From: Podarcis melisellensis
Lineage: Eukaryota
Length of the DNA stretch: 64,000 nucleotides
Assembly: GCA_964234715.1 (NCBI GenBank)
Contig: OZ174290.1
Reading direction: 5' to 3' (one strand)
The stretch's first letter is position 1; the number at the start of each line of letters is the position of its first letter. The position numbers and the translations under genes were made by a program. Under the pieces are notes generated by a model that worked only from the letters and a program-made list of their open reading frames with translations, was not told where the DNA came from and did not search any database. This document shows positions 12,978 to 24,690 of the stretch, piece by piece.

Positions 12978-13359
12978 ATACGCGGGTGGCACTGTGGTCT
13001 AAACCACTGAGCCCTTGGGCTTGTCAGTCAGAAGGTTGGCAGTTCGAATCCCCGCGACGGGGTGAGCTCCTGTTGCTCTGTCCCAGCTCCGGCCAACCTA
13101 GCAGTTCGAAAGCACGCCAGTGCAAGTAGATAAAAAGCTACCCCTGTGTTGGCAAGGTAAGTACCACTTCTGTGCGCTCTGGTTTCCGTCACGGTGTTCT
13201 GTTGTGCCAGAAGCGGTTTAGTCATGCTGGCCACATTACCTGGAAAGCTGTTTGTGGACAAACACCGGCTCCCTCAGCCTGAAAGTGAAATGAGTGTCGC
13301 AACCCCATAGTCGCCTTTGACTGGACATAACCATCCAGGGGTCCTTTACCTTTTTTTTT
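12978..13359 (+). mobile_element. Sauria SINE, full length
   Basis: ACGCGGGTGGCACTGTGG head, GGCAGTTCGAATCCCC B-box, CCAGGGGTCCTTTACCTTT tail. Confidence 0.92.
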
Positions 13360-14080
13360 ACCCACAGTATCACCAGTGATGAGGTTTATAACCCTTCCCT
13401 CTCCATGTCTGGTTCATTGCTATGTGGACAACCTAAACATGTCTGAACAAAGCACTGGGTTTATGTGCCCCCCTTCTGATCCCACATAGCCAGGGGATTA
13501 ATTCCACTTTCAGAAAATAGCGGCTTGACACATTGTATGAACCTAGAATCCTGGGTTGCAGCAAACTTAATTTCAAAACAAGCCACCTTTAAACTGTGGG
13601 CTAGGAAGCGGGCTTGTTCAATTAGCCACAGTTTGTTTCGAGAAGCCAGGTTTCACAAACTAATGTTCTGATTTTCAAAGGAGTCTGTTTCTCTTGCCCA
13701 TGTTGGAGGTGAAATGGGGTGGATGTGTGAGCTAATGCTTGGCTTGGCTTGCTGCAGGTCACCCACGTAGCACTAAACATAATGTAGCATTTTGCAATTT
13801 GTTCAGTTGTGGGACTTTCAATACTGGAGGCTAAGTGGTCCCAGTGTCTTTCCACAGCACTGAAACATGCATGCACTAATTTAGCCCTTCAAACAACCAA
13901 AGAGGAAAAAGGTTTGAGCATTAGCAAAGGTGTATTGCCCTGCCATTCTGTGGACCTCCTTTTGTTTCTTATTTGCCATACAGTCCCCTCTGACAGCTAA
14001 AGCTCACCTTAGTCATATGGTCAGCAGCTAAATTTTTGTCTGCCGTGGCCTCAACAGACACTATATGAGGCTTTCCTAAG

Positions 14081-14423
14081 AAACGGCCTCGGCCCAGTAT
14101 ACCTGAAGGAGCGTCTCCACCTCCATCGTTCTGCCCGGATGCTGAGGTCCAGCGCCGAGGGCCTTCTGGCGGTTCCCTCATTGTGAGAAGCAAAGCTACA
14201 AGGAACCAGGCAGAGGGCCTTCTCGGTAGTGGCGCCCGCCCTGTGGAACGCCCTCCCATCAGATGTCAAAGCGATAAATAATTACCTGACATTCAGAAGA
14301 CATCTTAAGGCAGCCCTGTTCAGGGAAGTTTTTAATGTATGATATTTTAGTGTATTTTTGGTTTCTATGGAAGCCGCCTAGAGTGGCTGGGGAAACCCAG
14401 CCAGATGAGCGGGGTACAAATAA

Positions 14424-14466
<43 letters not shown>
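14081..14466 (+). mobile_element. L2 LINE 3' end, young, with (ATT)n tail
   Basis: Encodes LRSSAEGLLAVPS...TRQRAFSVVAPALWNALPSDVK...FRRHLKAALF, a typical L2 ORF2 C-terminus. Confidence 0.88.
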
Positions 14467-15561
14467 GACCCTACTTTTAAAAGTAATTAGTATCCTCATG
14501 AGGCTGTTTTGGAGAACATGGCATTTGCAGAGAGCAGGGGTATTAATCCTTTCTTCCGTCCTCTGAGGCCTCTTCCCCATCTTAATTCTCTCCTCCTTGA
14601 AGTTGCTTTTAGTTCTCTGCAAGGGAAAACTACGGGAACCGTGGTACCTGCATGTTCAATCTAAAATACTTTAATAATCTAACAAATAGCATCTTCTGGA
14701 GAATTCCCATCATGCCCACCTTTTTCTAACCTGAACCCTCCCAACCTTGTTGTTTTGTTCAGAATTTAACCCGAAGGATAATTCTGGGGAGCTCCAAAGG
14801 GTGTTCATGACCTTGTGACATTTTAATTGGTCCCAACACACCAATTAACATCCTGCTAATTTTGGAATTGACAGTGAGAAAGTTTCCCAAATGAAAGACT
14901 GCTGCTTTTTTTGACTGCTTATTCCGACAGTAGATTGCCATCTTAAGATGTGTTCCTCTCATTGACATTACAGTACATTTGCCTAGCTCTGATTTCCACT
15001 TGCTGGCCTTTCAGTTGTCTTTGAGTCAAATAATTGTAACCCTTAAAAAAAAATGCTACAGTCCAAATCACCTCTTGGCCTTCTGTCGCACCGGCTTGAA
15101 TGTTCATTGTCTGACACAATAAGAATTATTTCTAGCACCACAGGGTGGGCAGGGAATCCTTTTAAATTTCTCCTGGATCGTTCCCAGTTTGGGGTTTATT
15201 TGTTTTTTCCCCTTATCTTTTTAATTTATACATTTTGAAACTTCATTAACACTTTGGGGTTTTTTTGTAAAAACTCATTGGTAGCTCTTAAGAGCAAAAT
15301 CTGGTATAATTAGGAAGCAGAGTGGCAAAAGCTTTCAGAACAGCAAATGATCCTGGTAGTTACAGACCAATTAGCAGGAATTGATCCTGTTCAATACAGT
15401 GGAAAAAAGTGATATGAGGCACTGTCAATAAGCATGTAAAGATCACTTATCCAGCTAAGGCTGCTCACAAATACTTGGGGAAACAGATGCCATCAGACAG
15501 TCCTGTTGTTTTTCCCAAGTGAGGATACAAGAAACACAACAAAATTGTGGGATTGTTGTTG

Positions 15562-15600
<39 letters not shown>

Positions 15601-16410
15601 CATCCTGTTTAGTGGGGCATTATGCTTTTGTTGAAGTATATGAGCTTATTGAGAAATGAGCTGCCCACAAGATTTGAAGCTGGAACATTGACCCCACCCA
15701 TACTAGAAAATTTCTCTATTCTTGACAGTGTTTACTTGCAGTGCTTAGAAATCCAGCCCATGTTTTCCTAGCAATTCTAGTGTACTGGAATCTGGAGCAG
15801 TCCTCAACTAGGTCTTACTGTATTTTTGACTCAAGCCCTCTCTGGTTTTGCAAGCTAGAGTGGGTCTGGCAGTCACAAAAGGTTCTGATATGCCTTGAGT
15901 TTAGGTACTTCTTTGATACTATAGCTCAGCCTTGTAAATAAGCCCATGAAATTCCTTGCTCCTACTTTTGTTTTGTTTTGTTTTGTTTACTAGTTTGTTA
16001 AGAGGCTGGTAGCCTGAATTTCCAAACTAACCACTTAGGAGGAGAAGCCACCCAGTTCCTCAGCCAGCAAGATACTAGCTTATAAGCAGGCATGCGAAAT
16101 GCACAAGTAGGGTTGCCGTATTTCAAAACGTCAAAACCAGGATACTCTCAAAATTTTTGAGCTTTTTAAAGGAAAACCCGGAATTTGTTGAGCTTTTTTT
16201 TTAGACAACCCCAGAAGTTGTTGAGCTTTTCTTTTTCTTTTTTACAAAAACATTTTAAAAAACCATAGTTGATCCAGGACAAAGTGCTACCTTTCAAATA
16301 TCCCCTACCCATGTCAATTCCGCCTTTGAAATTCCAGTAATGCCTTCATGACAGCTTTTTGCATAAGTCACTAGAGAATGCACTATTCTTACTAAGCTGG
16401 GCTAGCACTA

Positions 16411-16675
16411 GGTAAAGGTAAAGGGACCCCTGACCATTAGGTCCAGTCGTGGTCGACTCTGGGGTTGCGGTGCTCATCTCGCTTTATTGGCCGAGGGAGC
16501 CGGTGTACTGCTTCCGGGTCATGTGGCCAGCATGACAAAGCTGCTTCTGGCGAACCAGAGCAGCGCATGGAAATGCCATTTACCTTCCCACCAGAGCCAT
16601 ACCTATTTATCTACTTGCACTTTGACGTGCTTTCGAACTGCTAGGTTGGCAGGAGCAGGGACTGAGCAACAGGAG
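16411..16675 (-). mobile_element. Sauria SINE, 5'-truncated
   Basis: GGTAAAGGTAAAGGGACCCCTGACCATTAGG tail and SINE core; the tRNA head is missing. Confidence 0.9.
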
Positions 16676-17169
16676 GCCTTTCATAGTGAGAATTGTGTTT
16701 TTACGTAGTCTTGTGATGATGCAATTATATGCACATTTACCTGAGAGTAAGCTCCATTGTACACAGTGGGACTTCTGAGTAAGCATGTATAGGATTGCTA
16801 TGTGAGAACCTCTTTCATATTTGACTGTGTATAAAACTATCAAAACCTGCAGTTTACATTTACTGCATAGATAATTTTTTCCAATGGGCACTGCCGCTGA
16901 ACAATAACACACTGCCTTGCCTGTAAGTTTGCTATTTCTTCTGTGAGTGGCCACACTTACTGCAAGGGGAAGCTGTGTAAATTTGTTTGGAGAGAGCCAC
17001 TTTTGGCACTGAAAGTATCCTAAGTTGAAATTTTTAAATTTGTACTTAGCTCAGTCCCGCTCCCTCATGACTGAAGTATCTGATACTAACAATAAAAGCA
17101 CCAGTTACAGAAAAGTCCAAAATTTATTTTATTTATTATTATGTATTAATTGAATTTAATAATAATTAT

Positions 17170-17490
17170 TTTTTTAAATAATATTTTATTAGGTTTTTTT
17201 TAAAGATAACATACAAAAGAAAAGAAAAAAAGATGCACATACAACAACAAAAAACAACAACATCGAGAACACACAAAAAGAAAAAAGAAAAATCCCTCTT
17301 TTTAAATTCTTATATTTGATTCACTTACTTTCCTGACTTCCTCACGCCTCCCTTTTTTGTATCCCAGTTTGACAATTAGTTCAGCAAATTCAAACCCTGC
17401 TACTTTACCCTTAAATATTTTACCTCCCAATTTTATAAACTCAAATTTCTCTTGTCACGAGAACCCCTTCATATTATTTTAATGTCATCA
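17170..17490 (-). mobile_element. Probable L1 3' UTR fragment
   Basis: T-run with TTTATT (AATAAA on minus) and A-rich body; GACTTCC motif resembles the L1 end at 55660-56050. Confidence 0.45.
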
Positions 17491-17494
17491 ACAT

Positions 17495-18130
17495 TTAATA
17501 ATTAATTGAGGTCTCAGGGCAGTTCACAGAGCAAAATCAAAATATAAAGCCACAAAAAATATAATGAAAATAAAAACAACTCAATAGCCTCCACCCCCCA
17601 AAAAAAACTTCCCTAGGGAGAGCATTCCACAGAGGACATTTCAGAGAAGGCCCGTTCCCATGTTGCCACCTTCCGGACCTCTCAAGGAGGAGGCACACAG
17701 TGAAGGGCCTCAGAAGATGATTTCAGGGTCCAGATAGGTTCATATGGAAAGAGGCAGTCCTTGAGGTATTGTGGTCCTGAGCCGTTGAAAGCTTTATAGG
17801 TCCAAACCAGCACTTTGAATTGAGCCCGGAAACTAATTGGTAGTCAGTGCAGTCAGACCAGGATCAGTGTAATATGCTCAAACCATCTGAATTCTGCACT
17901 AGCTGAAGTTTCTGAACCGTCTTCAGAGGCAGCCCTACGTATAACACATTGCAGTAATCTAATGTTGAGGTTACCGGAGCATAGACAACAGCAGGCTATT
18001 GCTGTCCAGATAGGGGTGTAGCTGGGCCACCAGCTGAAGCTGATGGAAGGCATTCTGGGCCACTGAGGCCACCTGAACCTAGAGCGACAGCAAAGGATCC
18101 AGGAGGAGCCCCAAGCTACAAACCTGCTAG
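17495..18130 (-). mobile_element. L2 LINE 3' portion
   Basis: The minus strand gives LDYCNVL, LHWLP-like (LH*LPISFRAQFKVLV) and RAFS-like L2 ORF2 motifs. Confidence 0.8.
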
Positions 18131-18420
18131 AGAAGAATTAACAGGGACATGTTTCCCTCATCTCTCTTATCAACAGATGTCATCATACAGGGCGACCAAA
18201 GCAGTTTCTGTGCCAAAACTGGGCCTAAACACCGATTGAAATGGATCCAGAAAATCAGTTTCTTCCAACAGCGCCTGGATTAATTCTTAAATTTGATTAA
18301 TGGATTGTTTTTTGACTTTCTAGGGTGCAGTCTTATACATGCAACCCACTGACTGAAGGGCATTAGAATTCAATGGGAGCTTCTTTATGCTGAAGGAATG
18401 CAAGGTACACCAGCACTATA

Positions 18421-18757
18421 GGTAAAGGTAAAGGGACCCCTGACCATTAGGTCCAGTCGTGTCCGACTGGGGTTGCAGCACTCATCTCGCTTTATTGGCC
18501 GAGGGAGCCGGCATACAGATTCCGGGTCATGTGGCCAGCATGACTAAGCCGCTTCTGGCAAACCAGAGCAGCACACAGAAACACTGTTTACCTTCCCGCC
18601 GGAGCGGTACCTTATCTACTTGCACTTTGACATGCTTTCGAACTGCTAGGTTGGCAGGAGCAGGGAGCGAGCAACAGGAGCTCACCCCGTCATGGGGATT
18701 TGAACGCCAACCTTCTGATCGGCAAGTCCTAGGCTCTGTTGTTTAACCCACAGCACC
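18421..18757 (-). mobile_element. Sauria SINE with 14-bp TSD
   Basis: Near full length. Exact TSD ACACCAGCACTATA at 18407-18420 and 18758-18771. Confidence 0.95.
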
Positions 18758-19612
18758 ACACCAGCACTATAACAAGCAGCAAAATATTTTGGGCTGGTCC
18801 TGTGTGGAGGTGCAACAGCAAGGAAAGCTTTGTTGAAATATGCCTGCAACACAGCTGCAAAAAGCACAGGAGCGCATAAAAAGAAGAAAGAGCGGGGGGA
18901 TGAGAGAGAGCTGACAGAGCTTCCCCGAGGTCTGTTTAGAGAGCCGTGTTTTGTGCTTTTTCCTTTCCCCTCAGTCTTGCTTCCTGCTGGTTGTTCCCAT
19001 TGCCTCCATTTGTCGTAATGACCTCTTTGGGTAATAGCTTTGCCTCCAGCTCACTGATCAGATAATACTGGACCCAAAGTCAGACGCTGTGCTTGCCCAT
19101 GGGAGTGGGAAGTCAGGGACCTTACTATTGTTTGTTTTTTGGGAAAAATAATAATGCTTTTAAATAAAAAATGGCGATTGTATATTTATAGGAAAGTCTT
19201 ATGTGCAGCTGATTAATGTTTGTAGCCCCCTGTCACGTCCTCTGCCATGCATGGATACAGCTCCAGCTGAGAATCCACCCCCACCCACCCCGGTCTTACA
19301 GCAGCATTTTGTATTGAATTTTAATTGGGAGCTGCTTGGCTGAAAAGCAGGATAAAAATAAAACAAATAATGCTGTTGAATAAGATCTGACACAAGCTGA
19401 ATTAGTGCAGTGAATGAAAGGTTATCTGTGAGACCCATTCTGTGTTTGCCAGAGATGCTAAAAGAGTGATTGTGGATGTCATGGGCGATTGTGATTGTCA
19501 TCCCAACCCTATGCATGTTTACTGAGAAGCATGCCCCACTGAGTTCAGTGGCGCTTATGCCAAAGTAAGTATTCTAGGATTGCAGTGTTAGTTCTCTGGA
19601 TCATTTCCCACC

Positions 19613-20181
19613 TAGAATCATAGAGTTGGAAGAGACCACAAGGGCCATCGAGTCCAACCCCCTGCCAAGCAGGAAACACCATCAGAGCACTCCTGACATA
19701 TGGTTGTCAAGCCTCTGCTTAAAGACCTCCAAAGAAGGAGACTCCACCACAGTCCTTGGCAGCAAATTCCACTGCCAAACAGCTCTTACTGTCAGGAAGT
19801 TCTTCCTAATGTTTAGGTGGAATCTTCTTTCTTGTAGTTTGGATCCATTGCTCTGTGTCCGCTTCTCTGGAGCAGCAGAAAACAACCTTTCTCCCTCCTC
19901 TATTTGACATCCTTTTATATATTTGAACATGGCTATCATATCACCCATTAACCTCCTCTTCTCCAGGCTAAACATGCCCAGCTCCCTTAGCCATTCCTCA
20001 TAAGGCATCGTTTCCAGGCCTTTGACCATTTTGGTTGCCCTCCTCTGGACACGTTCCAGTTTGTCAGTGTCCTTCTTGAACTGTGGTGCCCAGAACTGGA
20101 CACAGTACTCCAGGTGAGGTCTGACCAGAGCAGAATACAGTGGCACTATTACTTCCCTTGATCTAGATGCTATACTCCTAA
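19613..20181 (-). mobile_element. CR1 LINE 3' end (young; ORF2 C-terminus open)
   Basis: ORF 19682-20206: [31 protein letters not shown]...[15 protein letters not shown]...FSLEKRRL. Terminal CTATGATTCTA repeat. Confidence 0.95.
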
Positions 20182-20209
20182 TCCATTTGTTTCCTTGCTT
20201 GGACACTTA

Positions 20210-20468
20210 CTGTATTTTTCACTCTATAAGACACACCAGACCATAAGATGCACCTAGTTTTTGGAGGAGGAAAACAAGAAAAAAAATATATTCTGGATCC
20301 CAGAAGCCAGAACAGCAAGAGGGATCGCTGCGCAGTGAAAACATCAATCCCTCTTGCTGTTCTGGCTTCTGGGATAGCTGCGCAGCCTGCATTTGCTCCA
20401 TAAGAAGCACACACTTCCCCTTACTTTTTAGGAGGGAAAAAGTGAGTCTTATAGAGCAAAAAATACAG
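20210..20468 (-). mobile_element. Tc2-like MITE, copy 2 (inverted relative to 6038-6296)
   Basis: Reverse complement of 6038-6296, with TA flanks. Confidence 0.92.
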
Positions 20469-21220
20469 TAAGTAAGTAAGTACACCCTTTTCAGACGAAT
20501 TTGTGAGAAGTAAAGCATGAGGTGATATTGTTAAAGAAACGTGTGGGGCAGTTGCAGTGGCCAGATTCAAAAGGCGACAGGGCTCCTACACCTTTAGTAA
20601 CTGTGTTATCAAACGGAGTTTCAGAAGGAGCTGTGTTCTTTTTCACATTTGACTACTCTATTCCTATGTGTGTTCGAGCCCCACTATGTTATGGTCTTAT
20701 CCACATGCATTTACTTCTTTTTGAGCTTTAAAATACCTCATTGTAAAACAGGGAATCATCCTGCCTCCCGTGCACTTGTGTGGATGTTGGTCAAAAGCCA
20801 GTGAAAAACCTTATAATGCTTTATGTAAGACTGGATTGGAATGCTACATTTTTATTTTCGATCCTGCAAATGCATATTGTATGCTAGCTACCGGTATACG
20901 CCAGTCAGAACATTTATGGAAGCCACTCACCCATTTCTGCAACATAGGTGAATAATAAAACTGACTGACTGACTGACTTGGTGGTTGTGAGGATTACAAC
21001 TAGACAATGTATGTGATGCAAACACTTGAAAGCACTATACCAGTATGAAGCATTATTGTGGCACCTTAAAGATTAACATATTTAGGCTGAAATCTTGTGT
21101 GCACTTAAGTGGAGCATACTCTGTTGAGCACAGTGGCACTTACTTTTAAGAAAACATTCATAGGATTGTGCTGTTATTGTGTCAGAAGCTTCTATGGGAT
21201 AGATCCCACTTCATCAGATA

Positions 21221-21723
21221 CTGTATTTTTTGCCCTATAGGATGCACTTTTTCCCCTCCAAAAATGAAGGGGAAATGTGTGTGCGTCCTATGGGGCGAAT
21301 GCAGGCTTCAGGAAGCTATCCGCAAGCCTTGGGAGCCTGGCGAGAGTGCCCGCCGGGATCCCAAGGCTTGTGGGCAGCAGCCCGAAGCACGGAGCGCACT
21401 ACGGAACGCGCCCCGTGCTTCACGCAAATGTCCGCAAGCCTTGCGAGCACGGCGGGAACTCGCACGCCGGGCTCGCACGTCTTGCGGGCAACAGCCTGTT
21501 CTGGGGGCTGGGGATGGGGGAAGCTCGGGCTTCCCCCGCCCCCAGCCCTGCAAGCCCCGAGGCTAAAAATGAAGCCAGGACAGCTAGCGGGATCTATCCC
21601 ACTTGCTGTCATGGCTTCTTTGCTCTTTGGGGCTCGGGGGGGGGGGAAAATAATTTCCCCCCTTTATTCCCCCCCATAAGTGCGCCCTATGGGCCGGTGC
21701 ACCCTATAGGGCGAAAAATACAA
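21221..21723 (+). mobile_element. Longer GC/CpG-rich relative of the Tc2-like MITE
   Basis: TIRs CTGTATTTTTTGCCCTATAGG / CCTATAGGGCGAAAAATACAA, TA flanks. Shares about 85 bp of the 5' end with the 259-bp copies but has a different interior. Confidence 0.88.
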
Positions 21724-22106
21724 TATATGTTTATCCCACTCTGTCATCAGAGAGGTGGGGAGGAGGAACGTGATAAAGCAAATGGGTCAAATGGCTATGA
21801 AACGTACAGTCTAAGAATTCTACATAAACTTCCACATGAATTTCAGTTTTGTTTAATTTCTATGCAAACTAAGACCTTCATTGTAGTGGCAGCAGTATGT
21901 TCGAACAATATTCCCATTGAAATCAGGCAGGCACCTACAATTCTATTTCTCCACTTGCTGAAAATATTTCTGTTTTGCCAAACATTTTTAGATAATTCAA
22001 TTTGGCCATTTGTTCACTTTTTTATTATATTATAGTGCTTGAGTTGTACATCACATTGATATTTTTTGAATGATTTTTTGTGTGTTGTGGAAATACTCCT
22101 ATAAAT

Positions 22107-22390
22107 AAAGGTAAAAGGTAAAGGACTCCTGGATGGTTAAGTTCAGTCAAAGGCGACTATGAGGTTGCAGCGCTCATCTCGCTTTCAGTCCGAGGGAGCT
22201 GGCATTTGTCTACAGACAGCTTTCCGGGTCATGTGGCCAGCATGACTAAACCGCTTCTGGTGCAACAGAACACCGTGACGGAAACCAGAGTGCATGGAAA
22301 CGTTGTTTACCTTCCCGCTGCAACAGTACCTATTTATCTATTTGTACTGGCATGCTTTCAAACTGCTAGGTTGGCAGGATGCTAGGTTGG
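22107..22390 (-). mobile_element. Sauria SINE, 5'-truncated (same subtype as 12978-13359)
   Basis: AAAGGTAAAAGGTAAAGGAC tail, GTCAAAGGCGACTATG and SINE core. Confidence 0.9.
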
Positions 22391-22639
22391 CTGGAAAGTA
22401 AACAGTAGTGCAATAAGTAGGGGCAGATTTGGCTTGTCCACCTGGGAAGGCAGCCCATCTAGGAGATGGAAGACTCTGATCCTAAACCTCTGCTGCCTTG
22501 TGGCATATCTTCAGGAGAAGAAAAGGCTAAGGAGTAGACCCTACATAAATACAGAGAGGAGTCCCTAAGATGGTTGAATGGCATCTTGTATGCTTCCTTG
22601 GGCAACTCCTACAGCCAAGCAGGGGCCAAACAGACAAGA

Positions 22640-22952
22640 AGGAGAAGGAGGGGCAGAAGAACTCCACGTGAGCTGGGAATGACAGGCTGGAACAAAGAGA
22701 CACAGAGGATGGCTTTTTGTTGTCCTTTGAATCCATTGCTGCCCTTAAGAGGTGAGCCAGACTCTCGTAGCATTTGAATGATCTGCAATCCCTCCATCTC
22801 TTCTAGGTGTAGGTTGTATATATTTGTAAATAAAACCATATATCATAAAGACGCCACAGTCCTTCTTGTGCCTCATTGTCCCAAAAGGGAACACAGACCT
22901 GGTAACCTCTGGAAACTTGCACCACTTACGGAGATTGGGGTGGCATGTAACA
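22640..22952 (+). mobile_element. Possible LTR 3' remnant
   Basis: TGTAAATAAAACC poly(A)-signal context and a terminal ...GTAACA. No 5' TG end or TSD identified. Confidence 0.35.
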
Positions 22953-24451
22953 ATACATACAGTATTTTTTGTGCCTTCAACTTTTCTTATGCTCAGAAAC
23001 CTCTTATTTATAATGTATAAATAGACTTATGAATAAAGTTACATTAAAATATATTCAGCACTGGATGGAAGTCAGCTGCCATTCCCTACACACCAAAACA
23101 AACCCTTTAGCATCCTTTAGGAAGGAGCATAGGAGTCATTATTTCCTTTTCTGGGAACCTGTACTCTTGTGCATTCATGCTGAGCTGTGGTTTGGCTTAG
23201 CATTATGTAAGGACCAGATCTCACTCTCTCTTAGACTTCACTCTCTTCAGCCTCACTCTCAAACTTTCTTTTGGAACTTCCTGTCCCCAAATTCTGACAG
23301 ATTTCTAAATGAGTCTCTTAAATTTTCCCTCCCTGTCCTCCTTCTCATAGAATCTTAACTCGGTGTGTCAGCTTTTCTGTTACTAACATCTCAGTTTTTA
23401 TTTTGGGGCATTTAAATGTATTTATAAATCTGTTGATTTCCAGACTGACAGATTTACCTGCAAGCTGTGCAAATCCAGGAGTAAGTTGCATTATAAATTT
23501 ATAAAGATTTTTCTACGGAAGGATGGAGAAATACTCAAAGCTTGAAAGAAGTTCATAACACTGGGTAGCATTAACAAAAGAAGCACTGAGCCCCAGGCTC
23601 ACTTCATTTGTTTTCTTGACCATTGAATACGTTTTTTTTTTCTTTGACATTTAAGACCACAAGGAAGATAGAACCCTGACCTAGAAGGCCCCATATGGTT
23701 TGTTACTTTAAAGAGGGCATGGATGGTGTAGCTGCCAGAGAACAAAAATTTGAGGCCAGGGGATGGGCAGCTACTATCATCTGGTTTTCCTCTCAGAAGA
23801 GAGCTTCCAGGTGTTCAGCCCATTTCATATCAGGATTGCTCCTGCTGCTGTTCCATAATCCATAATCATTGCCCCCAAGACTGCCATTGTGAAAATATAG
23901 AAAGGCAGCTCCAACACCAAACCGATTGCTACCCACTGGAGCACCTGGAAAAGAAAATGTTTTAAGGTAAAGGAGGCCCCACACCATGCATTAGCAATGG
24001 ACTCTGTTCTGGTATTGGGGTCCTGGCACCTGCCCATGGGTAGAGCACATTTTACCAGGTCGTTTTACTCTTGCGTATCTTAGTTTACAGTTGTCAGCCA
24101 CTACTAAGACACTTACTGTGGCTTGGTGGTGGCAGCTTAGTACATTTGTCAAACCTGAGAATCAACTCTGACAAAGCTGTTCGCAAATGTTGGGGGTTTG
24201 GATCCCTTTAGGCTGTCAAGTCCCTGTAGCATACAATTGTCTCTGTAAAAAAGTTAGGGTTGGGAGAAGAGAATAAAAGCTTCCAAACAAGGTGTCAAAT
24301 ACAGTATAGGAAATGGAACTCTGCTCATGTGGTAGTGGTCTGAATTTGGGCAGGTAGAGATCCTGCAACGATAACTGAGGGTGAACTGGGCAGGGCCATA
24401 TCAGCGGGTTGTTTCTCCTTTGTTCAAAATCTTGTGCTAAATCCCTACATG

Positions 24452-24690
24452 GAATAGCTATGTTAGTTGGTTTCAGCAAACAAAAATGGAGTCCTGTGGA
24501 ACCTTAAAGACTTAACAGATTTGTTGCAGTGTAAACTTTCATAGACTAGAATCCACTTTGTAAAATGCATGGATATTATCCTCATTAGACTGGTAGCATG
24601 CCAGGCATTTGAAGAAGTGGGGTCTAATTCACAATTGGCTATGTCTCAGTAAATCTGCTAGTCTTGAAGGTATCACTAGACTCTTTTGTT
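24452..24690. mobile_element. Inverted pair of Penelope-like element termini
   Basis: 24452-24570 (GAGTC..GTGG.ACCTTAAAGACT.AACAGATTT) is the decayed reverse complement of 24605-24690 (AAATCTGCTAGTCTTGAAGGT..CACTAGACTC). Confidence 0.65.

Noticed and set aside
12978-13060. tRNA-like A/B boxes (also at about 6560-6630, 12510-12575 and 54320-54390)
   Set aside because: These are SINE heads; they lack a complete cloverleaf and acceptor stem and continue into SINE bodies.
21277-22035. Longest gap-free ORF (252 aa) and overlapping ORFs
   Set aside because: Open because of the GC-rich MITE interior, and it runs into an L2 remnant. There is no transposase or other domain signature.
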